From assembly GCF_963921235.1 (NCBI RefSeq), contig NC_086107.1:98644001-98708000 (forward strand): DNA of 64,000 nucleotides, in the 5' to 3' direction. A program made the translations under genes and the position numbers. Below, piece by piece: positions 38,761 to 51,565 of the stretch (the first letter of the stretch is position 1; each line of letters starts with the position of its first letter). Source of the stretch: Mobula hypostoma. Lineage: Eukaryota. Below the pieces are notes generated by a model, which searched no databases, had not been told where the DNA came from, and saw only the letters and a list, made by a program, of their open reading frames with translations.

Positions 38761-39011
38761 TGAGAGAGTTCCCTGGTTGGGAGCAGGAATGGACACGATG
38801 GGCTGAATGGCCACATTCTGTGCTGTAACCATTCTGTACCTCCCTAATGATACAGGTATGGAGCGACTGCACTCTAGATTCTTGCTCTATGCTGTCCTTA
38901 CATTTTTAATACTTGTGAAAGGACAGGGTCCACCATTACTCCATGACTCACAATACCAGTATTGAATTGACTTTATTTCTTACATCCTTCACATACATGA
39001 GGAGTAAAAAT

Positions 39012-39512
39012 CATCATCTTCTTCTCTGTCTTGTTTTACGGTGGTTGGCGCCCAGCTCAATGGTGCATTACCGCCACCTTCTGCTCCAGAGTGTGTAATA
39101 AACTTGCACTCTAAACCCCTTCACCCAATCCCACACACATATATACCCTAACCTACACTTTATCCTCCCATCTTTGGCCATCCTAGTACCCTATTCCTGT
39201 TTATCCGTCATATCCTATGAAAAACCCCTGTACCCATTAAGAAAGCTAAAAATACCCTGACCTGTGCTCTCTCACCTATGCCCAGCAACCCTTTTAATGT
39301 GAATTCCTGTGCCCCCAATTCCCTTAGATTAATTCTCATCTCTGAAGCTACAAGCATTCTTCAAATCCTTCCCCATCTTTCATTCTTCAGTCCTGACGAA
39401 GGGTTCTGGCCCGAAGCGTCGACTCATCGTTTCTGACTGATGCTGCCCAACCTGCTGAGTTCATCCAGCGCACTGAAAGTGTTGCCTTAATTCTCATCTC
39501 TCTCTGTATCCA
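39012..39512 (-). mobile_element. Nimb/I-clade LINE 3' fragment nested in a Rex 3' end (38961-39665)
   Basis: The minus-strand end CACACTCTGGAGCAGAAGGTGGCGGTAATGCACC...GAAGAAGATGATG resembles Nimb 3' termini; Rex sequence continues on both sides. Confidence 0.55.
39344..39486 (+). mobile_element. Short Penelope pseudo-LTR insertion with a hammerhead variant
   Basis: 15-bp TSD TTAATTCTCATCTCT (39329-39343, 39487-39501); AGTC-CTGACGA-AGGG..CCC-GAAG-CGTC-GACT at 39389-39424. Confidence 0.75.
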
Positions 39513-39860
39513 AACGTCTCCATCTAAATGTGCAATCATAATAATTTATAATAAATAGAACAGTCAATGTAACATAGAAATACACTCAAATCAGTCTGGT
39601 GGCCTGCTGGAAGAAGCTGTCCTGGAGCCCGTTGGTCCTGGTTTTTATGCAGGGTACCATTTCCCGGGTGGTTTCCCGATTGGCAGTAAAGTAGTTTTTG
39701 AAGCGTAGTTACTGTTCTTTTATAAAAATAGTGGCAAACAATTTTCACAGCAAAGCTCTACAATAGGGTATAAGTAATTTGCATTGCAAAACACCAGTTG
39801 CATGAGCTGCTCCTGGGCTCTGACGTCAGTCTTCTCTGCCCTTTGAGCACGGCTCATTTA

Positions 39861-40347
39861 CACTTAGTGGCCACTTTATTAGGGGCCTCCTGTCCCCAGT
39901 AAAGTGGCCACTGAGTGTATGTTCGTGGTCTTCTGCTGCTGTAGCCCACCCCCTTCAAGGCTCAACGTGGGTGCTCAGAGATGCTCTTCTGCATAGCACT
40001 GGTGTAATGCGTGGTTTTATGAGTTGCTGTCGCTTTCCTGTCAGCTTGAACCAGTCTGGCTGTTAACCTATGACCTCGTTAACAAGGCATTTTCACCTAC
40101 AGAACTGCTGCTCGCTGGATTTTTTTTTTGGTTTTCGCACCATTCTCTGTAAACTTGCGTGTGAAAATCCCAGATCAGCAGTATCTGAGCTACTCAAACT
40201 ACCCCATCTGGCGCCAACAATCATTCCACGTAGATCACATTCTGAACCTCTTGACCATGGCTGCATACTTTTATGTTGCTGCCACATGATTGGCAGATTA
40301 GATATTTGCATTTTTTACAGGTGTACCTAATAAAGTGGCCTCTGAGT
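39861..40347 (-). mobile_element. Non-autonomous Tc1-like element
   Basis: TIRs CACTTAGTGGCCACTTTATTAGG / CCTAATAAAGTGGCCTCTGAGT after TA; transposase N-terminal remnant RGMIVGAR...TADLGFSH. Confidence 0.7.
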
Positions 40348-41609
40348 CCTGAAGAAGGGACTTGACCCGAAATGTTGATTGTTTATTCATAGCCATAAAT
40401 GCTGCCTGACCTGCTGAATTCCTCCATCATTTTGTGTGTTCCTAAGTGTATTTTCCCACTCAACCCCATTCCCTGCTTTCTCCCCATGACCTTTGAAGCC
40501 CTTACTAATCAAGAAGCTATCAACCTTAAATATACCCAATAACTTGGCTTCCACAGTCATCTGTGGCAATGAATTCCACAGATTCACCACCCTCTGGCTA
40601 AAGAAATTCCTCCTCATCTCTGTTCTAAAGTCTATTCTGAGCATGTCCCCTCTGGTCCCAGGTACCACAGTTGCCGGGGTGCGTGGCCACGCAGTAACTG
40701 AAATGCTCCCACGCACGTAGCCTTCGTTGCCGCGCAGCTAGAATTTTCTTTTATGTAATATTTTATTGAAGTGTCGTGCAGTTTTAAGGTCGTCTAACAA
40801 TTTCCTGTTCAGAGCAATGGGTGGTCGGCGCAGCTGTAAGATAAAATAGAAGGAACACTGCTGGATACTCTCCTGATTGGAAACACCCTCTCCACGTCCA
40901 CTTTATCAATAATTCAGAAGTTTCAGTGAGGTCCCCCATCATTCCTCTAAACTCCAGAGAGTACCATCAAATGCTCCTCCCACATTAACCTTTACATTGC
41001 CGCGATCATTCTTGTGAACAACCTCTGGACCCTCTCCACTCCAGCACTTCCTTTCTGATCCTGTGTCTCATGGCCTTGTGCTCTTTTCAGTGTCATGGGT
41101 AACACACACTCACAGTAAATGTACACTGCACCTGCCCTATTGGTTAGAGAGGCATTGGCCTCTCCACATCTGTGAATGGTATTTTCTAGATAGAAAAAGT
41201 GATGAGTTAAGGCCCATGTCAAATCAGGTTTATTATCACTGGCATGTATCATGAAATTTGTTGTACGATGCAATATATTTTTAAAAACTATAAATTACAA
41301 ACAGTTGACATTTCAGGTGGAGACCCTCAACAGGACTACTGTTTATTCCTCTCTATAGATGCTGCCAGACTTGCCGAGTTCCTCCAGTATTTCATGTGTC
41401 TTGCTCAAGATTTCCAGCATTTTCAGAATCTCGTGTTTAAAATTTCACGGTAATAAACCCGATTCTGATTTTTTTTTTTGTCTCTAATCAGATGGATCTT
41501 GCGAGTGTTTAGATTTGTTGCACCCAGCTTTTCGCTTTGTCTCCCTCCGTGAACGCCCGGCCAAAGCGTGTTTTCCAGAGCCCTGCAGTTGTTTGCGGTG
41601 TGTCTGACT

Positions 41610-41635
41610 GTCCTTCTCTGCTTGCCCCCTGTAGG
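41610..41635 (+). promoter_or_regulatory. MGAT3: Splice acceptor of the MGAT3 coding exon
   Basis: Polypyrimidine tract TCCTTCTCTGCTTGCCCCCTGTAG ending at 41634, then G-ATG. This fits the known MGAT3 layout of non-coding upstream exon(s) and a single coding exon. Confidence 0.85.
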
Positions 41636-43168
41636 ATGAAGATGCGGCGCCGCCGCATGGTCTTAATGCTGTGTATGGCAGGACTGTGCCTGATCTCCTT
41701 CCTGCACTTCCGCAAGGCCCTGTCCTACATCACGTTCTCCCGCGAGCTCTCTGTCTTCAGCCCTTCCCTCAGGTCCATGTTCGTCGACTCTCACCTCTTT
41801 TGGAAGCAGAACGAGGAGGAGGAGGATGCGAGTGCCAGTCTGGGTCTCCAGACGGCGCCCGGTGCTCACCAGGCAGGCTGGCCACATCTCCACCGAGCCC
41901 AGTTCCATCTGAAAGATGACGAGACAGAGTACTTCATACGGACCAAGGCGGGAGCCATTTGCTTCAAGCAGGGAACCAAAACGGAGAGCAGGATGGTGGG
42001 TTCGATGGAGGGAGCCAATCCCTGGGGCCACGGTTCCGTGGACAAGGCACTGACTCGTGAAGCAGGTGGCAGTGGGAGGCTGAGGCGTAGGTGGGTTGGG
42101 TGCCCTTGTCTCCCGGGCTGGCATGGGCCCTACTGTGGAGTGCCCACCATGGTCCAGTATTCCAACTTGCCCACGAAAGAGCGCCTCACCCCGCGGGCTA
42201 CGTCTCGCAGGGTCATCAACGCCATCAACATCAACCACGAGTTTGATCTGCTGGACGTCCGGTTCCATGAGCTGGGAAATGTAGTTGATGTGTTCATCAT
42301 CTGCGAATCCAACTTCACCGCCTTTGGAGACCCCAAACCACTGAAGTTCATTGAGATGCTCCTGAATGGGAGCTACAGCTACATAGCTCACAAGATCCTG
42401 TATGTGTTCCTGGACCACTTCCCCAGCGGAGGCAGGCAGGATGGCTGGATTGCTGACGACTACCTGCGGACCTTTCTCAGCCAGAACGGGATGAGCCGAA
42501 TCACCCAGCTCCGCGACGACGACATCTTCCTCATCAACGACGCCGATGAGATCCCGGCCCGCGACGGAGTTCTCTTCCTTAAACTCTTCGATGGGTGGAC
42601 GGAGCCTTTCGCCTTCCACCTTCGCAAGTCTCTCTATGGCTTTTTCTGGAAGCAGCCGGGGAGCCTGGAGGTGGTGTCGGGCTGCTCTGTGGCCATGCTG
42701 TTCATGGTGTACAACGGAGACGGCATCAAGCTGCGGCGGAGAGAGTACTACCTGATGCCAAACTTCCGGCAATACGAGAACAGCACCGGGCACATCCTGG
42801 TGCCGTGGTCGCTGGGAAGCGCACTTCACTTCGCCGGCTGGCACTGCTCCTGGTGCTTCAGGCCAGAGGGGATCCGTTACAAACTGCTGTCGGCCCAGAA
42901 TGGCGACTTCCCCCGCTGGGGGAACTACCAGGAGAAAAGGGATCTGAACTACATCCAGGAGCTGATCCAGACTGGGGGCTGGTTTGACGGTACTGAGCAG
43001 GAGTATCCGCCTGCGGACCCCAAAGAGCACATGTACGCCCCCAAGTATCTGCTGCAAAACTTTGAGAGGTACAAGTACATGTTGGAGAACCCGTACCGAA
43101 AGCAGAGCTGGGACCGGGGGCTGGGGAGAGCTGCTGAAATGTACAATCAGAGTGGGAAGATTACATAA
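41636..43168 (+). CDS. MGAT3: Beta-1,4-mannosyl-glycoprotein 4-beta-N-acetylglucosaminyltransferase (GnT-III, GT17), 510 aa, single coding exon
   Basis: MKMRRRRMVLMLCMAGLCLISFLHF type II anchor; EYFIRTKAG, CLPGWHGPYCGVPT, RRVINAININHEFDLLDVRFHEL, DADEIPARDGVLFLKL (DxD), AGWHCSWCF and SAQNGDFPRWG match vertebrate MGAT3. Confidence 0.98.
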   Translation: MKMRRRRMVLMLCMAGLCLISFLHFRKALSYITFSRELSVFSPSLRSMFVDSHLFWKQNEEEEDASASLGLQTAPGAHQAGWPHLHRAQFHLKDDETEYFIRTKAGAICFKQGTKTESRMVGSMEGANPWGHGSVDKALTREAGGSGRLRRRWVGCPCLPGWHGPYCGVPTMVQYSNLPTKERLTPRATSRRVINAININHEFDLLDVRFHELGNVVDVFIICESNFTAFGDPKPLKFIEMLLNGSYSYIAHKILYVFLDHFPSGGRQDGWIADDYLRTFLSQNGMSRITQLRDDDIFLINDADEIPARDGVLFLKLFDGWTEPFAFHLRKSLYGFFWKQPGSLEVVSGCSVAMLFMVYNGDGIKLRRREYYLMPNFRQYENSTGHILVPWSLGSALHFAGWHCSWCFRPEGIRYKLLSAQNGDFPRWGNYQEKRDLNYIQELIQTGGWFDGTEQEYPPADPKEHMYAPKYLLQNFERYKYMLENPYRKQSWDRGLGRAAEMYNQSGKIT

Positions 43169-45510
43169 GAGGCACTGACAACAACTGCGACACTGGAAGG
43201 TCAGGGTGACCTTGCATCATCTACTGTCTGGCTTCTTGCCACTACATGGGACCTGTGGACTTTGAAAACTTCTCTGTACTGCTGCCATTCAGGCCGATCT
43301 GCACCTGCACTTTCTCACTACATCGGCTGCGTCCGCGTCTCCAGCCCCTTCAGTTTGAGCCAAGCTGCTTTCTCTCTTTTTTCTCTTCCCCCCCACCCCC
43401 CGCCAGACTTCTGCTCGAGGTCTCTCTCCACGTCCCTCACCCTCACCCGGAACTGTTCTGCACCCGAGGTGCATTGCACGCCAGGTCAGCAGTTGGTGAG
43501 GTTCCCCTGGAGATTGGAGACCGCTAGCGGAGTCCCCGGCAGTGCTGGGGAGGGAGTGGGACAGGGGCGTGGAAGACAGTGAGCCGGTCTGTACACAAGG
43601 TCAGACTGAAATAACCTTTCTCACAAAATGTGGCTCCATTGAATCTGTGTAAATTTACACAAGAAGAAATGGGGGCTCCTCAGGGGGGAGAGAGGCAGTG
43701 ATGAAAACAGAGGGTTGTTTTGGGGGGGGGGTCATGGTTGGATTGAGGAAGAGGACAGGAGATCGGGTCTGTAACTCAAATCCGCTGCCTGGTCAGTTGT
43801 GTGAAGTGCAATCTATGTTCACACTTGGCCATGAATTTGCACACTCCAGTAGAGGGAACAAGGATGATCAGAGGGCAATGAAGGGCAGGTGTTTGGGGTA
43901 GTGGGAGATGGGGAGGGGGTGTTAAATGAGCGCAGTGAGTATGGGATACCGTGTCATTAACCCCATTAGTTTGTGTGGGGTGAATCCTGTAGCCCTGGTA
44001 AATGCTCAGAGAGTGTGACACCTGGTGGAAGGGTTGAGAACCCTTGGGGTACCAGCAAGCTCCCTTGATCCTGATCAGAATCCCTACCCAGGAAGAGCTG
44101 AGCCTGCAACCCTGCAGCTGCAGACAGTCCCTGCTCTCAGAGGAGCTTGGTCACAAGCCCGAAGCGGGGGTGGTGGGGCCGTGGGGGGGCGGGGGGCCTG
44201 CCTCAGTACTCACGATCTTCCCCACTCTGTGCAGCTGGATGTGCAAATCCAAGACCCAGAGACTAGCCTGCGCCACAGGGAGGCACTCTGCTGGGAGCGA
44301 GGTGGGGGGTGCGTGTGATCAGGCAGCAAAAAATGAAACAATTATTTAATGGGTTGGGAAATTGCTGCTGTTGTTGACTGAGCACTGGATCCCAGAGTTG
44401 TCGTCTCCCCCCCCCCCCCCCACCCTGGCCCGGTGTGCTCACAAGAAGAACAGAGCTGGGTTTAGGCAAACTGGGAATTGAAGTTGGAATGGTGACCCAC
44501 GCTATTTAGTCCCAGGCATCAGCCACTTGCCCCTACTGCACGCACCGATTGCCTCACTGGAACTTGCTTGTTGAAGAACTTACTTTGAAAAAAGGTTGAG
44601 GGCTGGGCTGGTTTTCACTCGGCTGTATATATGGCTGATGAGTTTAACTGTGTAACGTCTTCTCGCGGGGAACTTTCTGTGAAATTGTCAGGAGTCATCC
44701 GCTGTGGCCGGGCTCGTCCCGGCAAAGTGGCACGTACAGTTCCCTGTGCATGTCGGCGGTCCCTTGCACTGCAGTCTACAATGAAGGGACAAACCACTGA
44801 AGCGCCGGGAACCGGGCGGCAGCTCTGCCTTCGCACCGGCAGACGTCGCTGTTCGCCCGCGCCTGGCTGTCTTTAAAGCACTAATAAGGTGGCAGAGGGT
44901 GAGAAGGTTTCCCCAAGGCACAGCGTCTCCCCAGGGGCACAGCTACCAAGCGTGCTTGTGACACCCCAGACATTGGCCCCTTGCCCTGGCCTGAGCCACG
45001 GGCACTGCCACTCCTGGGACATGGGATGGAGCCTCTGGTTGGGTGCCCCATTGGTTATAAGGGTGCTCGGTGTGATCGAGATGGTTGGAGAATGAGCAGC
45101 TACTGTGTTAAAATGCCCATTCAGTCTGACTGTCGGGTGGGTGACTGATCTCAGTGTTTGGATAATATGGTTTCATTCAAGGAGAGCTCTGTTCCACAAG
45201 CTGCCCTTCCATTCCATGGGGTCTGGGCTAGAAGGGGCAAGACAGTGTGCTTGGGATGGTCCCACCCTGTGTCACAGCTGGCTCCACTGCATAGCTGTTG
45301 GTCCAGCTCTCCTACAGTCACCACTCGCTCTCATTTTGGAACGAACACACCTCGGTCAGCAGTGTGGCCCCTGGGCTTGGACTCCCTGCTGCCCACCAAC
45401 ACTGTGTGCAAGGAGTCAGTGTCAACTGTACCTTTGTAATAATGTTTGCGTAAAATATTTACCCATGGCATTAAATTGTACATAATAAAATGATTGTGCT
45501 GGTTTCATTT
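43169..45510 (+). other. MGAT3: Probable MGAT3 3' UTR
   Basis: Transposon-free stretch from the stop codon to a strong poly(A) signal; repeats resume just after it. Confidence 0.65.
45484..45489 (+). terminator. MGAT3: Polyadenylation signal AATAAA
   Basis: AATAAA preceded by ATTAAA (45470-45475) and several TGTA elements, followed by GT/T-rich sequence. Confidence 0.7.
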
Positions 45511-46896
45511 GTTACGTCTGTCTAGACAGGGGAGAGGTGTCAAGATCAGGGGGAGCCATCCAGCCATTCAGACCTGCCCTAATGTTTGTCATGGTCACAC
45601 TGTCAGTTTCTTGCCCTTTTTATTGCCTGAATATCCGGAAACCTACAGTGACCGAGCCTCCACAGCAAATCCCATCCCTCCTCAACACCACTGGGATAGA
45701 GAATTCCAAAGACTCACCACCCCCTGTGAGCAAGTTTCTTCATCTTGGTCCTTTTTTCAGACGCAATGACTTTCTAGTCTCCTCGGGGGTCGTGGGGGGG
45801 GGGGGGGATATGTCCTGTCTGCATCCCCCTCCTTGAGTGCTGAAACTATTTGGAAATTTCGATGAGATCTCCCCCTTCTCCTGAACACTAGAGGCCCAAT
45901 CCCCTTCACAGCCCTGGAGCGGTTCAGCAGAGAAAGCATTTCTTTGGCTCACCATACCCGTCCTGTTTGTCCATCTATGCTGATCCTGTGTTCCGGGTTT
46001 TTTTTTTATCTTTCTTACTCACATACCTCACTGCTCCTTAAAGTTGGTGACTTGTTATCTGCCCTGCCATCACCTGTGGCAGTGAATTCACTCTCAATAC
46101 TTCACATTTCAAAAAAAAACAAAAATCCCCAGGAGGCAGTGACTTACAAAGAATGTGATATGTTGCAGAAGTGAAGCTGCTACACGTTCGACCTGAACGT
46201 CTGAGGTACCAGGTGAACAGTGAGACCCTGCCACACTGTGTGACTGAGTCAGTCTCTCAATCTCTGTCTCACTGTCACACATGGTCTGTCTTAGTGTCTG
46301 CACCTCTTGGCGGGGGGGGGGGGCAGGGAGAAGAGATGCCTCTTTCTGCTATTACAGTGCCAGCAACCTGGTCAATTCTGTCTCAGTCTGTAAGGAGTTG
46401 GTATGGTTCCCCTGTGACTCTGAGTTTCCTCTGGGTGCTGTGGTTTCCACCACATCCTTAAGTCAGACAGGTCAATTAATCACATGGGTGTAATCACAAT
46501 ATTCTGCGTGGGAATTTAAACTGGAGGTGGCGGTTTCTTTTTAATATGAGGTCGAGTTGTGAGCTCGACATCAACCCGGCGCGGATGGAGAGTGCGCTCG
46601 GGAGCGGTCTGCCACTGGATCGAACTCGGGAACCTCTGTTCTCGAGCCCGGCGCTGATCTTACTGCACCACCAGCCGACCCACATTGGGCCGGAGGACCT
46701 GTTACTGTGTAGTATCTCTAAGTAAAAATTGCAGGGACACCCAGGACAATACCATTTTAAAGAAGCACTCTTCAATTTTTAATTACTTTTGTCTATTTTT
46801 CTTGCCTATTCACCTAGCCTGTCTAGATCTTCTTGAAGCTTTCTCCATCCTCCACACCACCACCACAAAGTTTTCTATTATCAGTAAACCTAGATG

Positions 46897-47012
46897 TACA
46901 GTGGCTATAAAAAGTACTTCCCCCCCCACACACACACACACATTTTCATGTTTTATAACATTGAATTACAGTGTATCTAATTTAATCACAGTGGCTCATT
47001 TTTGACACTGAT
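46897..47012. mobile_element. Orphan Tc1 left-end TIR
   Basis: TACAGTGGCTATAAAAAGTA...TTTTTGACACTGAT matches the left end at 35871. Confidence 0.65.
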
Positions 47013-49410
47013 GGAAAAAGACTGCTCATGACATCGCTGGCAGTTAGGGCAGCTATGCTGGTCCTCCATCTCTGTATAGAAAGATTCTTCTTTCCTGTTT
47101 CTGTAACATTTTTTTTTTTGACAAGTCAAGGTTGTTAGCCCTGAGCTGAACTCTCGAACCTGGAGGATCGGTGCACCACGCTTAGTCTGGCCTCGACCAA
47201 ATTACGAGGCCCTGACTCCAGCCAACTTAGCTCTCCGGGTCATTGAGGCACGCAAGGTTCTGAACCCTACAACAAGGATGTGGTCCTCTTGGTGGGTGGC
47301 CCTTACCTGCATGGCATTTCCTCTGCAACTATAACACTATATTCTGCCTTCTGTTTTCTTTTTACTACCTTCACCTTCTTATGTATGGCATGATCTGTCT
47401 GGACGGCAAGTAAACAAAAGCCCTTCACTGACATTAATGGAACCATTCCAATCAGTGTGGAGGGACGCAAGTTTGTTGCCGCCTCCACGGGGAAGGAGAA
47501 CATGACAAGCACAAAATACAATAAACTTGTTTAAGACAAGTGTAAGTGAATGGCTACTTTCACTTGACAGGTCCCTGGATGGTGAGAAGGGAAGAGGGAA
47601 AAGGGTTGTTGTACCCACTGCAGTCGCATGAGACGAGAAGTAGAAGATTGAAGTGAGTCAAACACTGCAGTAACTTGTGTCGCCTTCACATCAGTGGTGA
47701 AACTGTGCAGTGTCGAGCAGGTAACTGGGAACACCCGACACCTTCAAACATCATCAGACACAACAGCCATCCTCCTCCCTCATCTTCAAGGTAACGGAGA
47801 GGCCTTCTATAGAGCCATGCAGTCACAGACAGGACCCTTAGCCCATCTGGCTGACACTGACCAAGAAGCACATTTGGCTGTGTTTGGCCCGCTTCTCTCT
47901 AAACCTTTCCCATCCTCCTCCAGATCCCATTATCTGTTCATTCCCTCACTGAGGAAGCCTGGCCAGTAAACTGCTGGGTTGGAGATTAAGGTCTACCTCC
48001 AGCTGAGTTGCTGGACAGAATAGCTGTCAATGCTTTCCTACAAGGGCTGAACACTGGTCATAAACCAGTTGGTGACTCTATGCTATGATCTTCTTTCTAA
48101 GTCCATCTCTCCTTTTGAGGTATAGACCACTGATAGCAGTTCACCAGAGCCCTCTGTCCTGGACCAGTCTTTCAAGCTGTCCCCAGGTGTCAAATCTTTT
48201 CTCTCCCAGGCATGAGGCCTTTGGAGTTTCTGGTAGTGTTGCTGTAGCTCTGCTTTTACGGGATGAAATTGCTAGTGCCATGCCAAACCCCCCTCCTTTC
48301 ACACCTGAGAGTTGTCCATGGTGGAGCTACTGGTCGGTTACTTTGGACCTGCCCTCTTCTGGATGAAGAAGCTGCTGGATTCCTTTTACTGGGAAAGGAC
48401 ACTGTTGCATCTCTTCAGCTCCTGAGAAAGAGAGCACCCACCTGTGATGCTGCTTTTCCTGAGTTCTGAAACTGTGCAACCACATTGCGCACAGACCATG
48501 ACTGCTGAGTCCTTAGTGTGCCTCCACTGCTATAATCCCATTAGTTTGACACCAGAGGATTGAAGGATAGCCAATGTTGTTCCATTGTTTAAGAAAGGCT
48601 CTAAGAGTAAGCCATCAATTTATAGGATGGTGAGCCAGACATCAGCACTGAGTAAGTTGTTGGAAGATAGTCTGTGTCTGGACATGTAAGTATTTGGTTA
48701 GATGGGGACTGATTAAGGATAGTCAACAGGGCTCTGTGCGTGGTAGATCATGTCTAACTAATCTTATAGGAAAGCTGATGGAGGAAAGGCAGTGGATGTT
48801 GTCTACATGGACTTCAGCAAGGTCTTTGACAAAGAACTGCATGGGAGGTTGGTCAAGAAGATTCAGTCATTTGGCATTGAAGATGAGGTAGTAAATTGGA
48901 TTCAACATCAGCTTTGCAGAAGAAGCCATAATGCTGGTAGTAGATGGTTGTCTCTCTGACTGGAGACCTGTGACAAGTGGTGTGCCACAGGGATCGGTGC
49001 TGGGTCTGTTGTTTGTCATCTACATCAATGATCTGGGTGATAATGTAGTTAATTGGATCAGCAGATTTGCAGATGACCAAGAATGTGGGGCGTAGTGGAC
49101 AGCGAGGAAGGCTAACAAAGCTTGCAGCAGGGTCTGGACCAGCTGGAAAATGGCAGACAGAATTTAATGTAGACAGGTGTGATGTGTTGCACTTTGGGGG
49201 AGACAAAGCAAGGTAGGACTTGCATTATGAATAGTAGGGCACTGTGGAACATAGTAGAACAGAAGGATCTGGGACTACAGATCCCTAATTCCTGTGGTGG
49301 GGGGGGGGGAGCATCACAGGTAGATAGGGTTGTAAAGAGAGCTTTTGGCACATTACCCATCATTAATCAAGGTATTGAGTACAGGAGTGGGGATGTTTTG
49401 TGGAAGGTTG

Positions 49411-50330
49411 AATAGGTTCATTTATTATCAAGGTATACAACTCTGAAGTTCTTCTCCCGCTAGACACGAAATCAAGAAACAAAAGAAAGTCAGCACGATC
49501 ATGAACCCCCAAATTCCGCCTCCACGCACAAAACTGAACAGTCACATTGACTCCCACATCCCCCTCCCGGCACACCAAAAAACATGAGAAAGATCGGGTG
49601 GAAAACACAGAGTATAAACAAAACTATAAGACTGAAAAGAGTCCTCAGTCGAAGTCCGTATCAAAAAACGCGGAAAACCCGGGTAACGTTCTCCGAGCCC
49701 AGCGGCAGCCTCTCCCGTCTCCGGCAGCTGAGCGATCCAACCAGGGATCAAAAGGTAGTCTGCTCTCTCCGGCACCGGAGTAATCAAAAGGAAGTTTCCT
49801 GTTTCTGGCAGCAGAGCGACCTCACCAGGGATCAAAAGGTAGTCTGCTCTCTCCGGCACCGGAGTAATCAAAAGGAAGTTTCCTGTTTCTGGCAGCAGAG
49901 CGACCCCACCAGGGATCAAAAGGCTGTCTCCCCTCTCCGCAGCAGAACGATCCCACCACCGATGAAAAGGCAGGCAGTTGGTGCTTACCTTCTGCATTGG
50001 TCTCAATGTTTCAGTCTCCCTCGTCACTAAATCACGGACAATGGAAGCTTTAATCGGCAAAATGGAGTCGGAAACTGACTCGCGTCCCATCCCGCAGTCT
50101 TCTCTCCACGAGGTTAGAGCACGCTGTCTCTGTCTCCCGGAATCCTCTCGGAGACTGCAGAGTGCCGGAACACCCAAACGATCTCCAGACTGCAAATCAC
50201 AGGCTCCAACAGTTCCAGAATCACGTTCAAGATGGGAAGCAAATTTAAAAGACGTAAAATAAGTTAAATATGTAGTTTCATGGTCTATCTCGAAGATGTC
50301 GACCATGGGGCATTGTACGCAGGCACCATC
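49411..50330 (-). mobile_element. Non-autonomous LINE-dependent element with an internal tandem duplication
   Basis: The minus strand starts AGATGGTGCC and ends ...GATAATAAATGAACC; it interrupts the CR1. Confidence 0.55.
49740..49923. repeat. 84-bp tandem repeat, ~2.2 copies
   Basis: CCAGGGATCAAAAGG starts at 49741, 49825 and 49909; the units are near-identical. Confidence 0.9.
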
Positions 50331-50639
50331 TAGGACATTATTCCCTGGAGCGCAGGAGAATGGGGGGAGATTTCATAGAGGTATACAAAATTATGAGTCA
50401 TATATATATATAGGATAAGTGCAAACAGGTTCTTTTCCTCCACTGAAGTTGGATAAGACAAGAACTAAAGGTCATGGGTTAAGGGTGAAAGGTGAACTAT
50501 TTTAGGGGGAACATGAGGGGTACTGTCTTCACTCAAAGGGTTGTGAGAGTATGGAACAAACAGCCGGTAGAAGTTAAGGATGCACATTTAATTTCAATAT
50601 TTAAGGAATTTAGGAGCATAAATTGGAAGCAGATGTACT

Positions 50640-51565
50640 CAGTTGTTGGGGCGGGGGTGGGGGGAAGAAATGTACAACGCAAATGTTGAGGTTATTTAGG
50701 GAGCACTTCCATGGGGTTCCGGATAGGACTGTTCCATCGAGGCAAGGAAAGGATGGTAGGGTGAAGGAACCATAGTTGACAAGAGATGTGGAACATCTAG
50801 TCAAGAAGAAGAAAGAAACATACTTAAGTTTTAGGAAGCAAGGATCAGACAGGACTCTAGTGAGTTATACGATAGCCAGAAAGGAGCTTAAGAATGGACT
50901 TAGAGCTTGAAGGGGACAAGGGAAGGCCTTGATGAGTAGGATACAGGAAAAACCCAAGCAGTCCTACGTGTACATGAAGAACAGGAGGATGACTAGAGTG
51001 AGCACAGGACCAATCAGAGACAAAAGAGGAAACCTGCCTGGATTTGAAGGAGGTAAGGGAGATACTTAATACTTTTCTTTGGTATTCACCAGTGAGGACA
51101 ACCTAAAACATGATAAGGATGTGCTGGAATTTTTGAAAAACATTAGGTCAGATAAGTCCCCAGGCTGGGTGGGATATACCTCGTTACTATGGGAAGCGAG
51201 GGAAGAGATTGCTGCACCTTTGACGATGAGTCCTCATTGGCCTCGGGAGTATGATCAGAAGATTGGAAGGCAACAAATGTTATTCCTTTGATCAAGAAAG
51301 TTAATAGGGATAACCCTGGGAATTGTATCAGTGGTGGGCAAACTATTGGAAAGGATACTAAGAGGACTAACTAACGTTTGGTGAAGCAGAGTGATTGTCG
51401 GTATGATTTGTGAGGGGCAGGTTTTGCCTCATGAGCTTAATTGAGCTTTCTGAGGAGGTGACAAAAACAAATTGATGAAGGTAGAGTGGTGGGTGTGGTG
51501 TATATGGATCTTTGTGGGGTGTTTGACAAGGTTTCTTATGGTAGACTCATTCAGAAAGCAAAGAG
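50640..51565 (+). mobile_element. CR1 ORF2 fragment
   Basis: DVLEFLKNIRSDKSPG, VVYMDL..VFDKVSYGRLIQK. Confidence 0.8.

Larger units (their letters stand above)
48555..50600 (+). mobile_element. Decayed CR1 RT/3' region split by an insertion at ~49411-50330
   Basis: GLIKDSQQGSVRGRSCLTNL, GTGCCACAGGGATCGGTGCTGGG (VPQGSVLG), FTQRVVRVWN. Confidence 0.85.

Noticed and set aside
41537..41635. 33-aa N-terminal extension of MGAT3 in the ORF track
   Set aside because: It starts at TTG and runs through the polypyrimidine tract and AG acceptor; homology begins at MKMRR (41636).
42535..42552. NDADE instead of human DDADE as a sign of inactive MGAT3
   Set aside because: The D-A-D (DxD) motif is retained and the rest of the catalytic domain is intact.
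41663..43057. 464-aa antisense ORF
   Set aside because: Shadow of the GC3-rich MGAT3 frame; no recognisable domain.
49542..50306. 254-aa repetitive ORF, or a CRISPR-like array
   Set aside because: Produced by an 84-bp tandem duplication with identical units and no unique spacers; eukaryotic context, no cas genes.
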